Translations under genes and position numbers: made by a program | Part shown: piece after piece, positions 1 through 12,463 of the stretch | Layout of the letters: each line of letters begins with the position of its first letter | How positions within the stretch are numbered: the first letter of the stretch is position 1 | From: Macrostomum lignano | Taxonomy: Eukaryota | DNA: 64,000 nt | Direction of reading: 5' to 3' | NCBI GenBank assembly: GCA_002269645.1 | Contig: NIVC01001269.1 | Span: 1-64,000 of the forward strand | The notes under the pieces: model-generated | Database searches by the model: none | Told to the model about the DNA's origin: nothing | What the model saw: the letters and a program-made list of their open reading frames with translations, nothing else

Positions 1-190
1 AGTGACAACGTCTCCATTTAAACGACAGCGTCTTTATTAAGTGACAACGTCTCCATTTAAACGACAGCGTCTTTATTAAGTGACAACGTCTCCATTTAAA
101 CGACAGCGTCTGTATTAAGTGGCAAAATCTCCATTTAAACGACAGCGTCTGTATTAAGTGGCAAAATCTCCATTTAAACGACAACGTCCC
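1..190. repeat. 39-bp tandem repeat (about 5 units, truncated by window start)
   Basis: Unit agtgacaacgtctccatttaaacgacagcgtctttatta starts at 1, 40, 79, 118 and 157, with few substitutions. Confidence 0.9.
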
Positions 191-2334
191 TACTCAATCT
201 TTGGCGTCATCATTCACGGACAGAGTCCCCATTCAAGAGGTGATGTCCCTATCAAAGAGACGGTGTCACCTGAGTTCGATGCTGTCATTAGTAGTCGGAA
301 TGTGTGGTAAAACAGTATAATAGCCAATTTTGCCAATTGAGCCTACGCTCGTATGAGCAAGCAATTTCTTCCTTAGTGGTATAATCAAGTGCGGAAATGA
401 TTAATTGCTCTTAAGCCTGAGAAATCCATTCTCGTAGTGCATGGTAACACATTTAGTGGTTAAGTAAAGTACAGAATAGCAGGCAGGGTTTTGTCGAGCT
501 TGCCTTCTACACAAATAAAGCTTTATGGTTGGTTCAATTTTTTTAGCGTTGCACCGAATGTAAAAGTCTGTGCATTTCAAACTGCTGAATTACCTTGCAT
601 TGAGCTAACTGTAGCATAAGAGTTCATCTTATTATTTATCTATACGTACAGCCATTGCGGCCTCCACATGTACTGTGACCGCTATCCAAATCGTCCATAT
701 TTCCCGGCAAAATCTTTTGTGTAAAACGCCAAGCAACAAAACTATCAAAATCAGGCTACGAAAGGCTGTTTCGTTACCGATGTTGGATTTGAACATGATT
801 GGCTGGAAGCGTGTATTGCAGCAAGCTTGTAAATATTAAAGATAACGATTTTAAAAGAATAATAAAGGTGCCACTACGTATAGAAAGATGTGGGAAGTTA
901 AAATGGTAAGATTATTTTTTTAATTTTTAATTTCAAAGTCTGTTTAGGCCGTGATAAACAAAAGTGCAATCGGAATAGTTGCTACCTGGTTTGAATCGTT
1001 GCTTTTGGTTCGACAAGGAATAGATGCTAGGATATAAATTTTAAAGCATTGTTAATCACTAACCCTTATTAACAGTACAAGCAAGTGGCGATAGTAGAAC
1101 CAGATATCGGGCTTTGAAACCTGAGTAGTAAAACTAGCTTGCAATTAAAACTACGAGGTTCATCACAAAGTTCTCTGTATTGGACTGTAACTCTCGACCA
1201 GGAAAATGTATTGCATTGAAACTTCACACAAGACTGATTTCACATCATTTCAGCCTGTTCATAAAATTACATCGACCGCATTGAGCATATGAATAATTTG
1301 AAAGGCACCGACTGACCGTTTTCCTTAGCACGCATTATTCTGTTGAGCCTTTTGAACTTGAGGTCTTATCAGTCAATTTCGAGAATCACTTCAATATTTA
1401 ACTTTTATCGCATGTTTTGATTACGAGACAAAATAAGTTGTGCAAAAAAATAAACTTGTTGTCTCAAGACCTGACCGCGACTACGAGCGTAACATAAAAA
1501 ATTAGCAGTTTGTTAAAATCAATGATTTCAATATACGACAATTGATAATAAAGTTCTATTTTATTATCATTTCACGCTCAAGCCTCGCAATTCTAACTGT
1601 TAACTATCTGCATGCAAGCTGCCACAAGAAGTGCATCTTGAGCAGACCCCAATCGAATTAGTTGGAGTTTAGCTCAGTACTTCGTCAAGTCTTGGTGCGT
1701 AGACGTTAATACAATATGCAAACAGACTTTCTAACTTGATCGCAAGTCCGAAGCCTAATGATTGGATTGTATACTTGGCCCAGTGTCCTGGCTAGACTGT
1801 GAGAGGATATGAGTGTTAACTACAGTACAAGGCGAATGCATTGTGCAAACAAGGCTGATTGGCAATTGCTCATGTATTTCTCTGTATTTATGCGGCGTAG
1901 AGACACAAAAAAGTTTGCAGTCTACACAGGCTCTGCAATCAACTTAAGTTTATAAAGTGTAGAATTTAAGACATGTATGGACAGTAGCCTTCACCAGCAA
2001 CTGAAGCTACAATATTCTGAAGCTGAGGTAAGAACTCGCTTACAGCGTTTATAGCTGCTTTCCCGTTTTCATATTTAGTACCGAGTTCATTTTAGTACGA
2101 GTATGCGGTAAGCTTCACACGAAAATTTTCGACTGTCAGAGTGCAAAATTAAAACAACAGGAGATTCTAAATCGAAAAACAAGGCAATCGAGCGCAAAAC
2201 TGCTCAAATTTCACGTCATCACTTGACGGTGGCTGAAGAGGATATAGCTCGAATGTGGAATTAAAAATTAAGCCTGATTAAAAACCAACAAAAAATACCT
2301 GCTATTTCCAGACAAATATGACATAACCTACCAC

Positions 2335-3346
2335 ATGAAATTTCAGAACAATTCAACAGCGTCTATTCCCTACTGGGAACTGGAAGGCTATCGAGGGTTC
2401 CACAAGCTGGTGTTCTCATGGCTGTTCCCACTGTTGATGCTGTTTGGAGCCTGGGGAAATCTGTCCTGTCTGCTGGTACAGCTCCGAAAGCCTCATTGCT
2501 TCCCCTTCTCAGTGCGCTTATCTGCTGCGCCTTCGACACTATACTAGTGACCGTCAAGTCCGTAATACACTACTTGGCCCCAGTAGTCATGGGGAGAATC
2601 TTTCACCTGCATGATTTTCGAAGGAACCCAACCTACGCGGCGTGTGTCGCGTATTATATTTTCACGTTTTGGCTAGTCCACGGCAGTCCGTTCATCCGAC
2701 TAGGACTGTGCTTTCACTCGCTGGTGGTCACGCTGGCCCCATTCAAGCACGCAGTGTTGCTTCGGAAGCGTAACGTGACAATCTACCAGCTCAGCTTGCT
2801 GCTGCTGAGCTCAGTGCCCTGTATTCGAGTAGCCAGCTCTGAGTGGAATGTTAAGACTAAAAAATATCGTTTTGTAAACGACTGGAATGAGGCAATCTAC
2901 CGAATCTACACGGTGTTTTTAAGCAGACTGCTGGTGTCCTGCTGCCTGATAGTTACAATGTTAGTCATTCTGGTCAGCTTGAGACGCAGTCGCAGGCAAC
3001 TAACGGGATCAGGGACCAGCAGCGGATCACAAAACGGCCCTAAAACGCGGTCCGTGATCAGCATATTTATGTCGACCAGCCTGATATTTTTCTCCTGCGA
3101 GCTGCCCTTTAGCGTCACAAAGTTATTAATCAACCTGGATTTTATTGGTCGCACAGACGCTTTGCGCCAGGCCGTCATTATGTTTAACCACATGATTTAC
3201 CTGAATCCAGCACTGAACGTCTAAACTGGCTGCCCTACCTGATCGGGCGAAAATTTCGTCAGCAATACTTCAGCTGCGTCAGTGCTTCCTCTCAAGGTCT
3301 GAGCGGCACATCCCACATCAGCCAGGCGAAGAAGATGAAGACATAA
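2335..3346 (+). pseudogene. Class-A-like 7TM receptor, paralogue 1, with two frameshifts
   Basis: ORFs 2335-2547 and 2418-3224 are consecutive parts of the protein encoded at 6634 and 12605. Relative to the 17014 paralogue there is a ~10-bp deletion at ~2517. An 8-bp insertion (aacgtcta, 3216-3223) creates a TAA in TM7; the frame resumes NWLPYLIGRKFRQQY and stops at 3346. Confidence 0.8.
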
Positions 3347-5474
3347 ATTTGCGTTTTCGGCGGAACTACTCTTCGAACTCCGACCAAGCTGGCACTCGCT
3401 ACAGTGTTTTTATCACGAGCCAAGCGTCGGAGAAGGTACTTGATTAATTCTATGGAAGAGTCAGGTTCTGCAACACATCTGTAGTTGTTTTTTTGCTCAA
3501 CCCTAACTAAAGTTTTTAATTTCGCCATAGCTGAGACACGAAAACACTGGTCTGTTTTTGCAAGCAATCTGGTTGAAAACAGTAAAAGTATGCAGAAGCT
3601 GAACGTGCTCAGACACGGTGCGAAAATTTTCCCACGCTGTACGCTCATTATTCAGCTCTTCGAATTCATTATTTAGGGCTACTAAAAGTACATTCATGAG
3701 ACAATTTGCTTGTGTATATGGTTTTGTCCTTGACAATGACGTTGCATAGTAGGTAATCTCGTGAAATAACTTTAAGCTGCCGGATGGTCAGCAGAGCTGA
3801 CCATGGGCCAACTGCCTTTAGTGCTGGTAATTTTTTGGAGTCTATGGTAAAAGAAAAGTTATGTGCTGCACAGTAGCCGTTCCTGCCGAGCATGGTCAGC
3901 AGCGCTGTTCATATGAAAAAATTGGTGAAAAAAGTCCTACTTATCTGCAATGGAAGCTGATTTACTTTTCAATAAAATGATGCACTACTCGTATTAAGGA
4001 GGTGCAGTGCTTTCTCTTTAAAAAATTCCTGTTTGCAGATTTTAAAGTGAACTGTAGTGCCTATAGCTAGATATCGAGTGTACACATTGCATAACTTATT
4101 TAGAGAGCATTAAGTGAAATGCACTTTGAAACTGTTTTTTTTCGACCCAAGATTTGTCCAAGCTGAGTATAATATGTAATATATAATATCCACCATTGTC
4201 TACCTCCATAACCATATACACAACCTACCCATAAAGCATTGTAAACAATTTTTTGAATGTTTTCGTTTGAAAGTTACCGAACTTTACTTTTTTGTCTGTT
4301 TTTGGCTGACTCGAATTGCTTCTTTATGAACTATCTGTTTAAAGAACATTTTCCTGTCGGACAGAATAAAATCTGCTACATTTTGCTACCAAATATTGAA
4401 TGTAATAAAACCAAATAATGATAGTTTTATTAATTGTCATTAGTCTCAGAAATTTTGGTGCACAAAAAGTTCAACCAACTAACTGTTTAGCACACATCAA
4501 TTTTAAGGTGGAAACAAATCAAGAAAATTTTTATATTGACAATCATCCATACGAGGAAAAGTGAACAGCTTTTAACATCCGAAAAGCGCTCAGAGAAGCC
4601 GAAGATCTGTGCAAAAGGACATGCGGGCATGATTTGGTCGCCTACCGGTACATGCAGCTAACCATCGTACTGAATGCTCTGGAATTCATTTTAACTGTCC
4701 GAAACAAATTGATCTTGCTAATAATACTTGAAGTAATAAGAGAGTTTACGCATTTGTCTGTGTTCATCTGCGACTCTACTGGGTTGCATACTTCGTATGA
4801 TAAACCAAACTTTTACCGTTTTAGCTCAAAAGTGGCTATTTTTTCGAAATAAGTACCTTAAAAACCTGTTCCGCTTCCAGTCCAAATCTAACCGTGATCC
4901 GACATCCCATTCGGTGCTCTTTTTACTCCGGGTTCCCGGTGGTCTCGAGGTCTCATTATTATCTAAGAAGTCATTGGACAAAAAAGACACAATTAGCATT
5001 GCAGAAGGAGTAGTGAACTTCTTTGACTTTGTTTTAACGATTGCACGCTGGAATCGATAAAACAGTTGGACTGTTTTAAAATTAAAGGACTCTGTCCCTC
5101 TACTAATCGTTTGTAGCTCAAAGAACAGTAGTATAGATAGTGTAGATAATGAACTCAACATGAAAGCAAAGCATCGATTTGAATTATTAAAGCCCCTTAA
5201 GTCGAATGCCGCGCTGTTAAGCGCAAAGAAGCAAAGCAAAGAGAAGCATCACAAAAGTTTAGCAAATACTTGAAGATGATATTGGCCTAACGACTGTCGA
5301 CATCCCATGCCAAGAAAAAGATCTCGATTGCCCCTATACGGAGCTTATTGATTTTAACGAGAGCAGTGGAGGACTTCTGCCGAGAGCTGATGAGTTGTAC
5401 GATAGGAAAGGAGCTGTATGTACTCTCTTGAGCTGAAAGATGCATATTAGCTGTGTACCGACGTATTATAGTAT

Positions 5475-5880
5475 TTGTCATGCTATCTCAGCCTAGAGAC
5501 ATCCAAACTCAGCCAGCCCATCTCAACAGTGCGATTTTTTACGTAAGCCAGTCAAGTTTTACCATAGACATGCTTCTTAAGGCCATGCTATCTCAGCCTG
5601 GGACATGCAATCTCAGCCACTTTTCAGATTCTTACTGACTTTTCTTTCTGCGTTCATTCATTGCTGTTTGTTGCCATTTCATGTCACGTTACAGAAATGA
5701 TAGCATTGAGATCTGTTTGCAATTGAAATCTATATTGGCTGAGATTGCATGTCCCAGGCTGAGATAGCATGGCCTTAAGAAGCATGTCTATGGTAAAACT
5801 CGACTAGCTCGAGCCAAAAAACGCATTGCGGAATGGGGCTGGCTGAGTTTGGATGTCCGTAGGCTGAGATAGCATGACAA
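5475..5880. mobile_element. Palindromic MITE-like element
   Basis: ttgtcatgctatctcagcc at ~5475 is inverted at ~5862-5880. An inner inverted pair ggccatgctatctcagcctgggacatgcaatctcagcc lies at ~5581 and ~5737-5774. No ORF; TSD not resolved. Confidence 0.6.
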
Positions 5881-6498
5881 AAGCTATACTTAGGCACCAT
5901 AGAATTAGTTTTCATCAATGGTACACTTTGCTTGGGCAAATAATCACCATTGAAGTTTGCACCCACGAGCCCAGTTTAACTAATTAAAACCAGCCGTTTG
6001 TCACCATTGCAAAAACGACATACAGTTTGCGAGATTAAAAAAGAGCAATAGGAACTAAAGCATCCATGGAATACATGCGAATAACTTTGAAAACTTTTAG
6101 CAACTCTGCAAACAAGCATTTTTACGGAAAGAAAATAGCGAGATCTAACTTTCTTCCCTTTTAAGGCTTTCGATAAATCGCATAAGAGTACAGACAAAAC
6201 TTTTCACTCAGAGCATTCTCAAAACAACTTGTTGAAACAGAGCAAAGACATCAGGACATTTTGCCTTCGTAGTCAGCCTAAGGACCACTAGAACTTTTAG
6301 TCATCTTTGAGCCAGCCTTTATACTTGTTGTGACTCTGACTTGCTATTGGTCAGCAACGACTAAGTCCATTCAAACCAGTATGTAAAACGGTACGAATAA
6401 AAGCCAATGGTATAAAACGGTCCCTGCTAAAAAGAGCTTGAGACCGATCTTCACAAATTTTCTCCACCTTCTGATAATGCTGCAACGGAAGAATTGAA

Positions 6499-7638
6499 AT
6501 GGTAAGTTGAATTTTTTTGTATTAAATCTGTCACCACGAATAATCAATGACCTTGACGTTTATCCACCTCTAGACCAACGAGACAATCAGCAACCTCATC
6601 CCGTCTGAAGGAGGCTTCGAGAAATTCAACAGGTTGATCTTCTCCTGGCTATTCCCCCTCGTGATGGCATTCGGGACCTTCGGTAACGCCTCGTGCATGC
6701 TGGTGCTCCTGCGAAGACCAAAGTGTTTTCCTTTCTCTGTCCGGCTCAGCATGCTCAGCTGCTGCTTCGTGGACTTCCTGCTCGTCGCTGTGAAGTTCAT
6801 CACGCACTATTTGTCCCCAGTCGTCATGGGAACAATCCTAAACGTTAGCGACTATAGGAGGACCTCGAGCTTAGCCGTGTGCATCTTATACTACTGGCTA
6901 ACCATCTGGCTTCTGCATGGTAGCCCGTTTTTCCGTCTGGGCCTCTGCTTTCACTCGCTTGCCGTGACTCTGGTCCCGCTCAAGCAGGCCACGTTGCTAT
7001 GCAAAAGGAACGTGGCACTGTACCAGCTGCTACTGCTGCTGTTGAGTCTTATACCCTGCATCAGGATGTTCAGCACCTACTGGGTTGTTAAGTTACACAA
7101 ATGTTTTTTCTACGAGGACTGGATCGAGGTTTTCTACAGGATATTCACGGTGTTTGTAGGCCGAATCGTAGTGGTAGTGTGTCTGTTGGTGACCCTGCTG
7201 GTCATCTTGCTGGGCGTAAGGCGCACGCGGGACCACCTGCGCGGATCGGTGATCTCTGTCGGTAGTTCTCGCGCTGCTGGGCCTCAAACCAAGGCGGTGA
7301 CCAGCATCTTTGTGATGACTAGCGCCATTTTCTTTTTGTGTGAAATGCCGTACAGCATACTGAGAGCCCTGCTGAATCTAGAGCTAATCAGGGGCACCAG
7401 CGATCTGAGCGAGGTGGTCCGTCTATTGAATGGTCTGATGTACGTAAACCCGGCTCTTAACTGGCTGCCTCTCTTGATCGGAGCGAAGTTTCGACACGAG
7501 TACATAAAAATGTACTGCTGCTTGTGCTGCCGGGTTCAAGAGAGCTCCAATAGATCTCGTTTCAACGAAATTTCAATGACAGCTCGTGCGAATCAACAAC
7601 GAGCGAGCGCTAGTGCCTCATCAGTTGAGGCGGCTTGA
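6499..7638 (+). CDS. Class-A-like 7TM receptor, paralogue 2 (intact, 2 exons)
   Basis: ATG 6499-6501, intron 6502-6573 (gtaagt...ctctag), exon 6574-7638 in frame (M-TNETISNL..., N-glycosylation sequon). Seven hydrophobic segments; TM1 GN, TM6 FFLCEMP, TM7 NPALNW, helix-8 KFR. Confidence 0.85.
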
Positions 7639-9092
7639 TGAGCTAAATCGGGTTTCGAGCGGTTTGTTGCACTTTTTGAGCGGATTTTGCAACTGGAAGC
7701 CGCGAGTCGTCTGAGTTACTGAAATGAGGTTCTGAAACCCATCACTTTTTTCTTGCGAGTTTGAGTCACAAGAACTGGATCAATTGGTTCGTACAATAGT
7801 GATACTTTACTTTTCCTTTCTATGTAAACCACTTAAAATTTTTCTGATGCACATGCTTTGTAGTTGCAGCACTTTAGCATATTTAATACGCACTACCTAT
7901 AAAACTATACCCAACGTTTTATCAAGAAATTTTTCGCTTGTTGTGTGTTGCTACTCAATTAGAAAATTTAAAGCTTGACCATAAAAAATAGTTTAAGAAA
8001 GGGGTCGTTGAAACGTTTGGGAACCATCTACAGTATGGTTGGCCCTAATTCCCATGGACATGCAGGTTCATATCTGTTGCGCCAATGAACTTTTATTTAT
8101 ATGTTTTCTGTCAGTTATTTTCTTATATAGCTGCGTTTAAATAAACAAAGAGGAGGATCTGATCATAATATTATTGTTGTCCAAAATATGCATGTATTGT
8201 GATCTGTTTTATAAACGATAAGTCAGAGCGAATCTATGCCACACTTGTATCGATCGGTTTTAGCAATAATTTGATGGTACAAAGGGAGATGATCACGAAA
8301 GTAGCTGTTCATGCAAATGGCTAGATATCACGGCTATAGATACCGGGTTCTCGTACACGTACAAGAGCTCAAGATGACAACATAAAAATCGTGTTTTTGG
8401 ATAAACCATCATTTTCGCTTCTAAAGATGACGATTTCTTTTTTACTACTTCCAGTACAGCTTATAGTGACTTAGAATTTCTACAGACGATCGATGTATAA
8501 AGACGATGTATTATCAGAACCATAAAAGTAGTGTACTTTTTTGTGACGTAATGTTTCCAAGCAGCAGATCAAGCGACTGAAGGAAGTTGACTGATCAATT
8601 TCGAACTGAATGTCAATCACAAAGGAAGCCTCAAACAGAAACAACATGTCAAACATAAAAGAATCGTCATGTTAATTATCAAACAAGCGCCATGTTGAAC
8701 ATTTCATTGGGAAATTTCTGAGATGTCAGAAGCTTACGGGGTTAATTGTTGAGATGTCAAGGCTTTATGGTCATAAACTACATATAGTTTGTTGAAAAAA
8801 GTTCGATTGTTTGTTGGCTCCACAACGCTGATTGCTAGCTACTGTAAGATAAACAAAATCTGAGCGATTCTGAGCGATAATATCTATGCTTTCATGCAAA
8901 AACTTCTGCACCTTTGGTTGGAATTCCTTAAAAAGAACTGACAGCTTATATCTTGCCATCGCTGTGTAAAGAAAGTGTAATAATTAAAAAATTAAGCGAT
9001 TAAGTTTCTTTTTCAATGCTTGTCTAAACCTATGCGTAGTCTTTGTATATTGCATGACTTATTATATGCTGTCTTTACATTCCTTAACTAAC

Positions 9093-9229
9093 TTTCAACG
9101 AAATTTCAATGACAGCTCGTGCGAATCAACAACGAGCGAGCGCTAGTGCCTCATCAGTGCAGGCGGCTTGATGAAATCGGGTTTCGAGCGGTTTGTTGCA
9201 CTTTTTGAGCGGATTTTGCAACTGGAAGC
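9093..9229 (+). pseudogene. Detached copy of the 3' end and 3' UTR of receptor paralogue 2
   Basis: Near-identical to 7560-7700 (tttcaacgaaatttcaatgacagctcgtgcg...actggaagc); no upstream coding sequence. Confidence 0.85.
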
Positions 9230-9398
9230 TTTAAAATTTGCCTCATTTCTAAGGCAAAACAAGAAAAAACAGCAAAATAATTGGGTAAAAATCCGTTCTA
9301 TTAAAAATTTAGGGCACATTTAGCTGTTCTAGGATATACGGGCTGCATGCAGTGCTGGGGGGTTAAATCGCAATAGTTCAAAGATAAGATTATTCGGT

Positions 9399-10463
9399 TG
9401 TAGGTGAACTAATTTTTCCTCATAAATCTTATCAGACTGTTTATTGGAGTGATCCGCTAGTTGGTGTTAGGCGTCGCACTTTGTCAGCAGTCGCCCTTGC
9501 CCTCGCCCTCGCCCTGGGTTGCTGTCTGCCGCTGGTCAGCTTCCCGCCTCCCTCCTTTTGTCTGTCTGTTGCTGCTCCCTTCCCCCGTTTTGCCCGTTTT
9601 GCCCCTTGTTTCTCAGCCCTCAGCTTCTCTGCTGTGGGCTGTCTCTGTTTCGCTCGATCTTTTTTTCCCCTGTCATGTGAGCGAGTCACATGACAGATCC
9701 TCTGTTCTTTGAGTCCTAAAGTGCAGTAAACATGTTTACTGCACTTGTTGGCCCTGTTTACCGGGAGAGTCACATGCTTTCGGCCCCCTCCCTTCTCTAA
9801 GGAGAGGAGTGACTCATGTTTCTAAAAATAGCAACTGAGTCACAGCCATGTGCACTCTGCCGGGAGACCCTCAAGTGACGTCAGTTCTAAAAATAGAACG
9901 AGTCACGAGGTCTTCCGCACGCTTGTACCCTGCCCGAGACTCTTAAGTGACGTCAGTTCTAAAAATAGAACGAGGTCACGAGGTCTTGTGCGTGGGTGTT
10001 TCCCGGTTATAAATAGGACCCCTCTCCCTTGTTTCCGTCAAGGAATGGCTTCTTATCTGCGGAGAATTCACTAAGATCCCGTGTGCGTCAGTGTATAACT
10101 AAGTGTCCTTTGCGTACTGAATCCGTTTGTACTGGTCTGACTGAGACCCCACTAAAGCCCAAGCCTAAGGGAGGCTAACACTGCCTTCCCAGGCACCCCT
10201 GAGCCCGGCGGGGATCTGCTGATCAGGACGCCTTGTTCATTAATCTGCAAATCTGCACGCTGTGCTGAGTTCGTTGACTTGTTTATTTCGTTCCGACGGG
10301 AAGCTCACCTCATCGAAGGCCGAGACCTGGAGGAACTGGTGGCAGCACTACCTACTGAGAGTTGAGAGAACTTCCCACTGAAGAGGCTCGAGTCTTAAGG
10401 TAATCTTAAGTGCCTAAACCGGGAAGAAACACCATTCCACTTCATTGGTGGCAGCGGTGGGAT
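9399..10463 (+). mobile_element. LTR retrotransposon 5' LTR plus primer-binding site, internal region lost (Ty3/Gypsy-like)
   Basis: LTR-type end ...cacttCA at 10444 is followed by tggtggcagcggtgggat (10446-10463), complementary to a tRNA-Leu 3' end including CCA. U3-like direct repeats and a TATA box lie upstream. The left TG boundary at 9399 is tentative. Confidence 0.65.
9810..10015 (+). promoter_or_regulatory. LTR U3 enhancer/promoter: AP-1 x2, CRE x2, MEF2 x3, TATA
   Basis: TGACTCA 9810-9816, TGAGTCA 9836-9842, TGACGTCA 9876-9883 and 9948-9955, CTAAAAATAG 9822-9831, 9887-9896 and 9959-9968, TATAAATA 10008-10015. Motif matches only. Confidence 0.55.
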
Positions 10464-10982
10464 TCAAAGACCTACCAGACCACCCCGAGAAAACCATAAG
10501 TACTTCATTATTGATTCAATAAGAATATTATCTTCAATGATTTTTTTGCTTGCATTTCTTTGGAAAATTAACAAAAATCGGTGGGCAATCCGACAACATC
10601 GAATAAAGCTTTCTACGGATCAATATTGATGCATGGAACAGCGACGCCCAAGAATCAATAACAGGGAAAGTATCCGACACCCTGGGAGAGCTCGGACCCT
10701 GAGCTACTATTTGGAGCCATGAGTGTCAGAAGGTATCCAACAACTCTCTACATGCTCTTACTGAAATCGATTCGTCTTATTTCAAACCATTTCAGGTGTT
10801 ATCACTCGCTGGAGTTGTTTTTATAGAAAATGAGTTAGCAAACTTAAATGTCCCGATATAAGTGCATTACGAAAGTAGACGAGACGAACAGTTCTCTGGA
10901 TATAAAATTAAGAGTACAGGGCGAAACGGGCTCTTTGATTTTGTTTATTCGATTGCACACGGTTATCAACTGAACCGGTTAA

Positions 10983-11243
10983 GGGTCTGTATAAAAGCTG
11001 GACACATTTGGACACCCCTTATTTTAACAAAATTCGAAATTCAACAACTTGTTGATACTAGTAATTCAAAGATTGCCAAAAGCGTAAGTGAAATTGTAAT
11101 AATAAAAAAATATATATATAATAGACAAAGTATGTAATTACCGCAACGAAAAAACAATTGAATTTCGACTTCTGTTAAAATACCAGTAAGGGGTGTCCAA
11201 TGAGTCCAGTGTGTCCAATACGGTCCAGCTTTTATACAGACCC
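10983..11243. mobile_element. MITE with long terminal inverted repeats
   Basis: gggtctgtataaaagctggac (10983-11003) is inverted at 11223-11243. A further inverted segment ttggacacccctta...ttcgaaattcaa pairs with ttgaatttcg...taaggggtgtccaa. Confidence 0.7.
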
Positions 11244-12463
11244 AACCGTTGGGTTTAAGGCAGTTTGCATGCGATCCCAACCTATCTATTAATTTGAAGG
11301 TATTTTAATTGGGAAAATTTTTACATCGGCTGCACAACGCTAGTTTAAGGTTGCACCTATAGAGAAAATAGGTGATTGCCGAATATTAAATAGGTTGGCT
11401 GGGTTTGACTGAAGCATAATTTTCTAAGACAGACAATTCGACGTTCTGTTGCTTCACAATTTTTTTTCATATGCCCTCTCATCGGCAGTCAATATTTTCT
11501 CATCTACCTGTGGTGGTGATATATTTTAGGATCCCATGCATTCTTCATTTCAGCATTTAAAATTTGAGCAGAAAAAAGGTAAGTTGTGACGTCTCTTGAA
11601 CTATATTTAGCTGTGCCTCTTTTAATACGATATCTGCTCCGACGCAGATAAAATGGAAATGATTGATTGAGTACTGCAGTTCAATGGACATTCATTGCCG
11701 TCTGTCTGTTCCCAAAAACAATATCCATGTTTCTTAATTATTCCTAGTTTCCGATAAATGTATTCAGACTGCTTACTGACTGCAGCAATGACGTTTGCTT
11801 TTAAGTTGCAACCTACATATGCTTGCTTTGGATCTCGTATAACCAACAAATTTTAAAGCTAGCATCGCTTTGAATCACCTGCGGGTCCAGATCGATCTCA
11901 GCATTGCCAAGGCACACAGACAAAGCAAAGCAAATCAAAGGAAAATGGAAACTCATTTCCTAATTGCATGGGGGGGCAGATAAATGACAGCCAATAAGTG
12001 CAATTTTCGAAGAGAGAGCTATACTATTTATTCATTGGTTTAGATAAGAGCAATGCACAGTGGAGACAGTAAAGTGTTCCCAGAGAGTGCAAATCAGAGG
12101 ACATTTCAGCGTCAGCGTTCAGCGTCAGCGTTCAGCGTCCGAAAAATCTTAAGGAAAATCCGCAGTTTCTATTTAGAAGTAGTGTAGGCTGCTGATGACG
12201 CTGAAGTAATTTAAATTTACTTCACAGAACAACAATTGTGCCAATCAAAAATGCTAAAATGTAATCCTATATTAGACGTCTTGAGCAAGATTTTTTTAAT
12301 CAGAAAAAAATATCGAGAAACTAACTTGCTATTGGATAGTTGCTTAAAATGCCACCCAATAAGAGTAAGGCAACGGATGTTATTTAAACAGACCCTGCAA
12401 AAAAGAACTCCTTACCAATTTAGGCAATTTTCCCCACAATTCTGAGGCGACGGAAGAATTGAA

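Noticed and set aside
4600-5250. Possible decayed transposase (Cys/His cluster on the minus strand)
   Set aside because: Interrupted frames and no motif I can assign with confidence; needs a translated profile search
9441-9773. Basic 110-aa antisense ORF in the LTR
   Set aside because: Product of a pyrimidine-rich low-complexity LTR segment
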